The notes under the pieces were generated by a model. That model saw nothing but the letters and a program-made list of their open reading frames with translations. It was not told the origin of the DNA and did not search any database. From contig CAZHRF010000013.1 in NCBI GenBank assembly GCA_964534625.1, positions 1,612-65,611 on the forward strand: 64,000 nucleotides of DNA, in the 5' to 3' direction. The translations under genes were made by a program, and so were the position numbers. This document shows, in pieces, positions 28,847 to 35,962 of the stretch. The DNA is from an uncultured archaeon. Its GTDB lineage: Archaea; Asgardarchaeota; Heimdallarchaeia; Heimdallarchaeales; Heimdallarchaeaceae. Position 1 is the first letter of the stretch. Every line of letters starts with the position of its first letter.

Positions 28847-29419
28847 ATGAGTGTAAAACTGGCAAAAATAATAAAAAACTCAGAATCAAATGGACCAGGC
28901 ATACATTATACAATATGGTTTCAAGGGTGTAATTTAAACTGTCCAGAATGCTTTAATCCCCATACACATAATAGAAAGGGGGGTTTCAGAAAAAGAATAA
29001 ATCAGATAGTAAAGGAGATTAAACACGAAAAAGAAGTAAATAAAATAAAAGGAGTTACATTAACGGGAGGAGAACCCTTACAACAACTAGAGGGTGTTTT
29101 TAAGTTGGTAAAAGAAATAAAAACAAAAGTATCAGATATTGGTATAATTATCCTTACTGGATACGAACCTGAAGAATTGGAAAAAATGGAAATGTTCAAA
29201 CGAATAAGTACATATGTGGATGTGTTTATTGCGGGTAGGTATAGAAAAGAAAGGAAAATACAAAAGGGAATAAGAGGATCAGATAATAAAAAATACCTTT
29301 TTCTTACAGAATACTATGCAAGAAGAGATTTTGATAAAGTACCACAGCTAGAAGTAATAGTGGGAAAAACAGGTTCGATAGTGCTATCGGGAATAGAACC
29401 TGAAATAATGAATGATTAA
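28847..29419 (+). CDS. NrdG-like radical-SAM activase (anaerobic RNR-activating-enzyme family), no NrdD partner in the window
   Basis: SD aaggag (28835-28840) lies 6 nt before the ATG. ESNGPGIHYTIWFQGCNLNCPECFNPHTH (CxxxCxxC cluster) and GVTLTGGEPL are present. Confidence 0.7.
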   Translation: MSVKLAKIIKNSESNGPGIHYTIWFQGCNLNCPECFNPHTHNRKGGFRKRINQIVKEIKHEKEVNKIKGVTLTGGEPLQQLEGVFKLVKEIKTKVSDIGIIILTGYEPEELEKMEMFKRISTYVDVFIAGRYRKERKIQKGIRGSDNKKYLFLTEYYARRDFDKVPQLEVIVGKTGSIVLSGIEPEIMND

Positions 29420-29514
29420 GAAATTAAGAGATATTTAATCAAAAAAGAAAAGTGACATGAAAATAACGGGGTTTCAAACATTGATTAGTTTAAATTGGAG
29501 TTCCATTGTGAGTA

Positions 29515-30003
29515 TTAATTCTGTATGTTATCATCTTCTCTTATAATTCTCTTAGTATTTTTTCCTCGCTTTAGTGTATTGATTATTGCAACAATATAAA
29601 AGACGAGCCCAGCTATAAGTTGAATGAAAACAGTTCCATCATAGATAAAAGAATCTATAAATTCATCAGATGGACGGAAAAACGTGAAAAACCAATAAAC
29701 ACCGCTAGCAAGAAAAGGCATAATAGAAAAGATTAATACGGCTTTAAACTCGACGCGCCCTTCTAATTGTTCTAATATTGTTGGATTATCAGAATTGTTG
29801 TTTTTAGAATAATATAGTAAGGGAAATATTATAATACACAAATGGGCTAAAAGGAGGAAAATCAAAAAGGAAAAAGAAAGAAATTGTAAGAATAAGAAAA
29901 ATAAAAGTATAATCAAAATAATAGCATCTTCAAATTTTGAAGGGGAAAATGTATGTTGCCACACATTCTTTCTTCCCAGTAAATAATGAGAACCAATATA
30001 CAA
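29515..30003 (-). CDS. Integral membrane protein, hypothetical
   Basis: About 4 hydrophobic helices. No family recognised. Confidence 0.4.
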   Translation of the reverse strand: MYIGSHYLLGRKNVWQHTFSPSKFEDAIILIILLFFLFLQFLSFSFLIFLLLAHLCIIIFPLLYYSKNNNSDNPTILEQLEGRVEFKAVLIFSIMPFLASGVYWFFTFFRPSDEFIDSFIYDGTVFIQLIAGLVFYIVAIINTLKRGKNTKRIIREDDNIQN

Positions 30004-30045
30004 AGTAATAAGGAAAAGGGAAAGGAAAAAGAATTCGTGAACTGG

Positions 30046-30582
30046 TCATTGACCGACTTTAAAAGCATCTTGAAAGTCAGGATCATTTATTTGACGAGGT
30101 GTCCAATAAATAATTGACCACACACCCCAAAAAAGACCAATGAAGATGGATGAAAGCCAAAGTTTACCATATTCGCGCTTTATTAACCATTTACGATGGA
30201 AGTACCAACCCATTATGACGGAAAGAAGTATATGCCAACCGATAAAGTAGGAAAGCATAACAAGAAAAGTGATGTCAGCTACAACAATACCTGTAAAAAA
30301 ACCTTCAACATAAAGAGGGTAGATTACAGCAGCTAAAAGAAAAGGCCAAAAATCAGTAATATGGAAAAAGTCAACCAAACGGAACAGGAGATAAACACCA
30401 ACAATATATACCAAAAGAAGTATAAACAGACTATAGCCTTGGATATACCAGTAAACTTTTTCAGAATAAAACACAACTATTACTGTACATAGAATTAAAA
30501 ACAACCAACGATAGAGAAAGGACATGATTTTACCTTGGTTTTCTTTTTCTGAAGAAATAGGTTCATCAAGATCAGCTAGCAT
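30046..30582 (-). CDS. Integral membrane protein, hypothetical
   Basis: About 5 hydrophobic, Trp/Tyr-rich helices. No family recognised. Confidence 0.45.
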   Translation of the reverse strand: MLADLDEPISSEKENQGKIMSFLYRWLFLILCTVIVVFYSEKVYWYIQGYSLFILLLVYIVGVYLLFRLVDFFHITDFWPFLLAAVIYPLYVEGFFTGIVVADITFLVMLSYFIGWHILLSVIMGWYFHRKWLIKREYGKLWLSSIFIGLFWGVWSIIYWTPRQINDPDFQDAFKVGQ

Positions 30583-30641
30583 ATGGAAAGGTCGGAAATT
30601 GAATATAAAAAAGTAGCTAAAAATAGTTATTATTGGACTAT

Positions 30642-30694
30642 TAGTTGCACGATCGTATGAGCTCGATTTTGTGTTTGTAACTCAATATGAAAAG
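30642..30694 (+). repeat. Detached copy of the 3' end of the methyltransferase gene at 1703-1755
   Basis: tagttgcacgatcgtatgagctcgattttgtgtttgtaactcaatatgaaaa compared with 1703-1754 shows 2 mismatches in 52 nt, in the same orientation. Confidence 0.9.
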
Positions 30695-30741
30695 AAGAAG
30701 ATATATAGTGGAATAGTTTTTAAGGAATAGGCGACAAAGAA

Positions 30742-31623
30742 ATGGTTGGAATTAGAACAAGAATGGCTTTCTGGCTTTTGAAAGTACTTAAACCACTGAG
30801 TAAAGATAATCTTACTGTTGAACAGCAGAGAGAAGAAATGGAAAAGGCAATGGAGCGATTTAAAGTCGCTGAAGGAATGGCAGTGGAGAAAATAATTATG
30901 GGAAATAGACCAGCAGAAAAGATTGAGTGCCAAAAAAGTGAAACAAAAAAAATTCTGTTTTATCTTCATGGAGGAGCATACAATAAAGGATCACCAAAAA
31001 CCCATCGAGCATTTGTATCTCAGATATGTAATAAAGCAAAAATTTCAGCGTATGTCTTAGATTATCGACTGGCTCCAGAAGATCCTTTTCCTGCAGCGTT
31101 AGATGATTCAATAATGGGTTATCAATACTTGTTGAATAAAGGAATAAACCCTAAAAACATTATAATTGCCGGTGATTCAGCAGGAGGAGGGTTAACAGTA
31201 GCCACATTACTAAAATTAAGAGAGTTAGATCTAAACATGCCCAGAAAAGCAATACTTATCTCACCCTGGGTGGATTTAACAACTTCAACAAGTTCTTATG
31301 AAAAAAACAAAAAGAAAGATTTTATGCTGGATATAGAAGATTTAAAGCAAGCAGCAAAACAATATGCGGATAAAAACGAATTAAGTCATCCTCTAATATC
31401 GCCAGTATACGCGGATTTGAAAGGATTACCACCACTATTTATTCAAGTAGGAACACATGAACAATTATATGATGAAGCAATAAAATTGAAAGAAAAGGCA
31501 GAAGAAAAACAAGTAGAGGTGCATTTAGATGAATATGAGAAGATGATTCATGCATTTCAGTTAATGGATAAATTGATACCAGAAAGTAAAAAAGCAGTAG
31601 AAAAAATCAGTCAATTTATTTAG
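30742..31623 (+). CDS. Esterase/lipase, hormone-sensitive-lipase (alpha/beta hydrolase fold-3) family
   Basis: Oxyanion-hole motif LHGGAY, nucleophile motif GDSAGG, and a late His in IHAF. Confidence 0.8.
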   Translation: MVGIRTRMAFWLLKVLKPLSKDNLTVEQQREEMEKAMERFKVAEGMAVEKIIMGNRPAEKIECQKSETKKILFYLHGGAYNKGSPKTHRAFVSQICNKAKISAYVLDYRLAPEDPFPAALDDSIMGYQYLLNKGINPKNIIIAGDSAGGGLTVATLLKLRELDLNMPRKAILISPWVDLTTSTSSYEKNKKKDFMLDIEDLKQAAKQYADKNELSHPLISPVYADLKGLPPLFIQVGTHEQLYDEAIKLKEKAEEKQVEVHLDEYEKMIHAFQLMDKLIPESKKAVEKISQFI

Positions 31624-31749
31624 ACCAATTCTCAATTTTGAGTTGTGTAACGTGATGGAAATGTTTGACATTTCGAGTAATACGAACCTCTTTTCTATTC
31701 AAAACAATACTTGAAATAAGTTCAGATTTGACCGATATGAAAAAAGAAT

Positions 31750-32064
31750 CTATTGTACTATGTGTTTTTGGCATTCTTTAACCAAATCCATTAAACGTTC
31801 TTTTTTGATATAAAATTTTTGTAAGAAATCATACTCGCCCGCCCAAATCATGAAATCTTTAGTATCACCTAAATCACCAGGGGTATATTTCTGATTAAAT
31901 TCCTCACTAGACATGTGATATTCTTGTTCATACTTTTTGATCTTGTTTTCAATTTTTTGGATTTCCCACTCAAGTAATTCCTTTTCTCTTCTAATAGCAG
32001 AGATAATAAGCTCCAAATCCTCTTGACTATTTAATGCCAAGTCAATAGTTGCCATTTTCTTCAC
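31750..32064 (-). CDS. Helical antitoxin-like protein, paralog of the 34345-34617 product; no cognate toxin downstream
   Basis: Shares a coiled N-terminus and an acidic/aromatic C-terminus (EEF..Y...W..Y) with the 90-aa protein. Its upstream region (32066-32130) is repeated at 34689-34755. Confidence 0.4.
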   Translation of the reverse strand: MKKMATIDLALNSQEDLELIISAIRREKELLEWEIQKIENKIKKYEQEYHMSSEEFNQKYTPGDLGDTKDFMIWAGEYDFLQKFYIKKERLMDLVKECQKHIVQ

Positions 32065-32175
32065 TTATCAAGTATGAATTCCTATAGATGAATAAAAAGG
32101 TTATTACTACTAATAGAATTCAATTAGAGAATGAATCAAGAGTGGATTTTAGAATTAAATTAATGTGTATGAGGT

Positions 32176-32362
32176 TTAAGTAATTTTAATGTCTTTTGCA
32201 TTTTCTAACTCATCCATTTTCTTTTCTAGGGTAGACTTTTTTTCTCTATAGGCTTTCCATTCGATATAATCATCCCATTCTTCAAAATGTTCTTCTGTGG
32301 TATGTTGCAAATGTTGTTCGAACTCTTCAAATGTACAATTATAGAGTTGCTCAAAAAGATCC
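32176..32362 (-). pseudogene. 5'-truncated copy of the 34345-34617 gene
   Basis: The 187 bp align to 34345-34531 with 9 mismatches by eye. It encodes DLFEQLYNCTFEEFEQ...ENAKDIKIT-stop and has no in-frame start. Homology ends abruptly at 32362. Confidence 0.7.
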
Positions 32363-32598
32363 CTCGGCCCTTTTTTGCTTCTCCTGTCCTTAGCTCACCA
32401 GTACAACTTTGCCTAAGGTTTCTTGCCTCAGTTGTCCATGGTTGAGGCGATACCAAAAGATTCTTCAAAATTCTTTGAGAAAATTCAAAAAACAAAAAAT
32501 GAAGAAACTTTGGGATAATGATGAAAATGAGGATAACAAATATACCACAAAAAGAATTATTTTGAACTTTATTATAAAGATCAAGATAAATTTTCAGG

Positions 32599-32799
32599 TT
32601 ATGTGTTCCTTTCTTTTTCAATCTCTTCTACGATGTCATCAATTTCCATATTGTCTAACCATTTTTGTCTTTCTTTAGTATAATCTCCTTCACCAGTAGC
32701 ATATTGCTCAAGAAATTTCACCATACCACTGGGGCCTAAGGCCTTAAAAAGAGCTTCAAGACCCTTTTTTCTAATTTCTTCGGGACTCATACTTGTCAT
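32599..32799 (-). CDS. Small helical protein coupled to the PIN gene (putative antitoxin)
   Basis: Its start codon directly abuts the PIN stop. It is 66 aa, acidic and helical. Confidence 0.45.
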   Translation of the reverse strand: MTSMSPEEIRKKGLEALFKALGPSGMVKFLEQYATGEGDYTKERQKWLDNMEIDDIVEEIEKERNT

Positions 32800-33240
32800 T
32801 TAAATCACCTCATCTATCCAATCTAATGGATTGGAAACAAGAATATTAAATTTTTCAATATGTTTTTTATACAAATATATAATATCTCTATCTGTCGTTA
32901 AAAATACATTAGCTCTTGCTTCTATAGCACACGAAATATGTAAAGCATCAAAATTTTTTACTCCAAATGAATGAAATATCTTTGCCTTTTGAATAATTGC
33001 ATCATTAAGATGGATTTTCTCGTCAAAAAACCTACTTAATGTTTTAACTTTCCTTTTTCGATAAAAATCAGGTATCTTGTCTATTTCAAAATCAATTACA
33101 TCACTACTAATTAATACCCAATCGGTAGTTTCTATCTTTTCAAGGATGATTTTAATAGATTCTGTTTCAAGATGAATCCTGTTATCTAATTGGTTATCGA
33201 AAGGACGATTAAGACAACAAACATCCATATAAATACGCAT
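32800..33240 (-). CDS. PIN-domain ribonuclease (VapC-like toxin)
   Basis: The acidic PIN residues are in the expected spacing: YMDVCCLNRPFD, then E in HLETES, then FDALHISCA, then FLTTDRD. Confidence 0.75.
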   Translation of the reverse strand: MRIYMDVCCLNRPFDNQLDNRIHLETESIKIILEKIETTDWVLISSDVIDFEIDKIPDFYRKRKVKTLSRFFDEKIHLNDAIIQKAKIFHSFGVKNFDALHISCAIEARANVFLTTDRDIIYLYKKHIEKFNILVSNPLDWIDEVI

Positions 33241-33450
33241 TAACCTTCATAAGATAATTGTAGAGTATCTAATTAAATTTTTGTATCCATTTCATAACTT
33301 TGCAAGTAGTTGACGATTTTATTCTTTGTTATTCTGATTTTCCACTCAAACAATTCATTTTCTCTTCTCCACATTAAAAATTTAAAATAAGTTTGAACAC
33401 TTTGACTAGTTTACTTTGACTAGTTTTGAACATTAATCATAACAGATAAG

Positions 33451-33778
33451 TTAAAAACGAAAATCTTTGTCTTTCAATTTTTCTTCTTTGATCAAATCGC
33501 ATAATATAACCATATCTTCTAAAGGCTTCCCAGTCATAGGACTTTCAAATCCATTTTTAGAAAATCTTGGGTGAAAATGGTGGGTCTGTGTTTCAACATT
33601 CCAATTTATCCATAGAATCAAATCGTATCCTGTCTAAAGGTAAATATGAAAAAATAAGTTGATAAGAATATTCTTCATAGTTATTATAATAGATATAAAG
33701 AACAGAGTCATCTGCGAATATAATCTTTGATCGTCCAAGGTCTATGTCAATTTCAAGGTCTAAAATATGTTCATTCAA
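33451..33778 (-). pseudogene. Frameshifted DUF6516/TumE-like toxin gene remnant
   Basis: ORF 33593-33778 ends at ...RIRFDSMDKLEC-stop. The neighbouring frame continues WNVETQTHHFHPRFSKNGF... to a stop at 33451. Together they mimic the RWDNAPHH...HKH core of the intact paralog at 33966-34370. Confidence 0.45.
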
Positions 33779-33965
33779 TCAATGTAGGATCTGTTTGGAT
33801 ACAATTCTCAATTTTGAATATATATGTGGCATAAAATCAATTCTCATAGAACCATATACTAATTGTTGATTTTTTCCAGTACTTCATCAAGTTCCTTAAC
33901 CTTATCAAGAAGATTGGTTAATGCAATTGCATCATTTTCAGCTTCAGGTAGTTTACCTTCTCTTG

Positions 33966-34370
33966 TCAGTTCAAGCATTCGACCTGCTGTTGGTTGATTC
34001 CATCTGTCCAATATCTCTTGAATTTTATTAAATAGTAGTCTCTTTTTTCTATAGCTCTTAAAACTTCTTCTAATGAAACTTCCTTTGATTCTTCTAGATC
34101 TGGGGAATGTTTATGATATGGAAAAGTTTTAAGTTTTTTATGATGAGGAGCATTATCCCATCGAATAATTAGGTTTCCTTGCGTATTTTGCCAATGATAG
34201 GAATAGTGTCTATCATCTTCCGAAATAAATTCTCTGATATGAAGTTCTGTGTCATTTAAAAGAAAAATTGTAGTTTTTAAAAAATAAAAGTTTTCACCAG
34301 ATTGATAATCATTTATATCATAGGGTCTTATAATGGGATGTGATTTAAGTAATTCTAATGTCTTTTGCAT
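33966..34370 (-). CDS. DUF6516/TumE-like toxin-antitoxin system protein
   Basis: The core YSYHWQNTQGNLIIRWDNAPHHKKLKTFPYHKH is present. The gene overlaps its upstream partner by 26 nt. Confidence 0.55.
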   Translation of the reverse strand: MQKTLELLKSHPIIRPYDINDYQSGENFYFLKTTIFLLNDTELHIREFISEDDRHYSYHWQNTQGNLIIRWDNAPHHKKLKTFPYHKHSPDLEESKEVSLEEVLRAIEKRDYYLIKFKRYWTDGINQQQVECLN

Positions 34371-34617
34371 TTTTCAACTCATCCATTTTCTTTTCTAGGG
34401 TAGTCTTTTTTTCTCTATACGCTTTCCATTCGATATAATCATCCCATTCTTCAAAATGTTCCTCTGTGGTATGTTGAAAATGTTGTTCGAACTCTTCAAA
34501 TGTACAATTATAGAGCTTCTCAAAAAGATCCAATTTGACCTTGACCAAAGATAATTCAGAGATGAGTTTGAGTTTTTCATATTGCTTAATCTCATCAAAC
34601 GATGATGATATTGACAT
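34345..34617 (-). CDS. Helical partner (putative antitoxin) of the TumE-like gene
   Basis: 90 aa, located upstream of and overlapping the toxin-like gene. A truncated copy lies at 32176-32362. Confidence 0.5.
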   Translation of the reverse strand: MSISSSFDEIKQYEKLKLISELSLVKVKLDLFEKLYNCTFEEFEQHFQHTTEEHFEEWDDYIEWKAYREKKTTLEKKMDELKNAKDIRIT

Positions 34618-34890
34618 TTTATCCTCTATCTAGTAGTATATATTACAGAATATAAATACTCTCCCGTAGATTGCTTTTCAAGAAATGAATATAAATTCAT
34701 CAAGTATAAATTATTACATATGAATAAAAGTAATTATCACTAATAATAGAATTCAACCTGATAGGTTTTTTTCATCATCAAGCAAACTCTAAATAAACAA
34801 ACAATGCCTATAGATACCTTCTTGAAGAGATTTAATGGGTGGTAAAAGGTGACTAACTTAAGGTATCTGGATATTTGATATCTAAAAATT

Positions 34891-35100
34891 TCAGCGCATG
34901 TTTTTTGAAATCTCCTCTAATTCAGCTTCAAAACCCGTTTCTTCTAATGCGTCCAATAATAATTCAACCCTTTTTTCGACATTTTTTTGGATAAGAGAGT
35001 TGATTACTTCATCAAAGGTTCTGTAACCCTTTAATCGGATGAGATTATCATAAATTTCATCGGATATAGTTATAGTTTTCATATATACTATAGAATACAT
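34891..35100 (-). CDS. VapB-type archaeal antitoxin (PF02697-like), orphan; likely start at the MKTITISDE Met (35082)
   Basis: MKTITISDEIYDNLIRLKGYRTFDEVINSLI matches the common archaeal putative-antitoxin N-terminus. There is no PIN gene downstream. Confidence 0.5.
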   Translation of the reverse strand: MYSIVYMKTITISDEIYDNLIRLKGYRTFDEVINSLIQKNVEKRVELLLDALEETGFEAELEEISKNMR

Positions 35101-35299
35101 GAAATTGCAAATAAATAGTTCTTAGATAGTCTTAGACTCTTGACTTATGTTATTGTTAAAAAATGGATTGTAATAATAGATCTGCTGTAAATACAAACAT
35201 ATTACTTCTAATAGCTGCATTATACCATAATCTTCTAATAAGGTATGTATTTTGTGTTTCTACGGCTTTTCCTCATATTTTTTGAAGAGAGTATCTTAT

Positions 35300-35395
35300 T
35301 AGACGTTACCGTCTCGAACCCATTGCTTGATAGGGTTTTGACAATAAGGTAGGTTGTTGTAACGACCAAGAAATGAGAAAAGGGGATATGAAAAC
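35300..35395 (+). mobile_element. Relic 3' half of an older MITE copy, interrupted by insertion of copy A
   Basis: cccattgcttgat...aagaaatgagaaaaggggatatgaaaac resembles the element body and right end (cccttgcttctg...ctaaatgaggggatgaaacac). The remainder, ctatac, follows the downstream target-site duplication at 35559-35564. Confidence 0.4.
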
Positions 35396-35550
35396 GTACG
35401 TTTTTCACCTCTATGAAACAATTGAAGGTTGACTGTTGGAGTGGTGTTCCATGAAATCTTTGTTTTTTTCTGAAATTACATTTTTCTTGTAAACACCCTT
35501 GCTTCTGTTTCTTTACTAGTTTAACCTAAATGAGGGGATGAAACACTTAC
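35396..35550 (+). mobile_element. MITE-like non-autonomous element, copy A (155 bp)
   Basis: Starts gtacgtttttcacc and ends ggggatgaaacacttac. The termini are imperfect inverted repeats. It is flanked by the identical 8-bp direct repeat atgaaaac at 35388-35395 and 35551-35558. Confidence 0.75.
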
Positions 35551-35608
35551 ATGAAAACCTATACTTATTTTGACAAAAAATCTTGAAAAAGAAAAGAAAG
35601 AGTTTTAT

Positions 35609-35929
35609 CTATCCTAGGCAAGGGAAGTATCTTTCTCTTTCAAACCTGTCTCCCAAAACTTCATTACGTATGAACATATAAATCTTATCTAAGTTTCCAT
35701 CTTTTTGTTCAATGAAATTCTTGGTGGAGGTATACTCACTTTGTGGTTCTTCGGCATATTGTTTAACTGCTTTAGGAATTAAGCTTGCCAATGATGCCAT
35801 CCATAACGATATTTCTTTGAGTTTAGGATGATTAGTGGGGTTTGTATTATTTACCAAGTCATCCGTCATTAGGTTTTGATCTTCATTTATTAGTCCTTTT
35901 ACTTCGTTAAGACTATTTTGCATAACCAT
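35609..35929 (-). CDS. Hypothetical protein downstream of the AIPR gene
   Basis: 106-aa ORF lying 33 nt after the AIPR stop on the same strand. No family recognised. Confidence 0.35.
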   Translation of the reverse strand: MVMQNSLNEVKGLINEDQNLMTDDLVNNTNPTNHPKLKEISLWMASLASLIPKAVKQYAEEPQSEYTSTKNFIEQKDGNLDKIYMFIRNEVLGDRFERERYFPCLG

Positions 35930-35962
35930 ATTAACAAGGTCTTCATCTGTAAAGTCGAATAT

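Noticed and set aside
26613-28902. Multiple minus-strand ORFs inside rad50, plus similar antisense ORFs inside the ABC transporter, AAA+, helicase and other long genes (for example 8430-8720, 9785-10462, 23569-23821, 49377-49964).
   Set aside because: They have low-complexity F/L/S-rich translations typical of the antisense strand of K/E-rich AT-rich coding sequence. Each lies entirely within a motif-supported gene on the other strand.
28847-29419. The radical-SAM gene might be QueE (7-carboxy-7-deazaguanine synthase), which would link it to the DpdA-like genes 11 kb away.
   Set aside because: The N-terminal NGPGI...GCNLNCPECFNP pattern and the ~190-aa size fit NrdG-type activases better than QueE. 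The gene is operonic with rad50, not with the TGT-like genes.
1703-30694. The 52-nt direct repeats could be attL/attR of a 29-kb integrated element.
   Set aside because: The interval has no integrase or other mobility genes. It carries core genes (deoxyhypusine synthase, mpg, mre11/rad50). A relic of a paralogous methyltransferase gene is the simpler explanation.
32362-32460. A GC-rich patch in an AT-rich genome suggested a tRNA gene.
   Set aside because: On either strand there is no acceptor-stem pairing and no T-arm (GTTCRANYC-type) sequence. Only two simple hairpins are present.
32226-32678. ORF-track entries 32226-32621 (-) and 32409-32678 (+).
   Set aside because: The C-terminal third of the 131-aa ORF is the out-of-frame translation of the truncated antitoxin-like pseudogene; the same shadow peptide appears at 34395-34598. 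The + strand ORF is a low-complexity antisense ORF.
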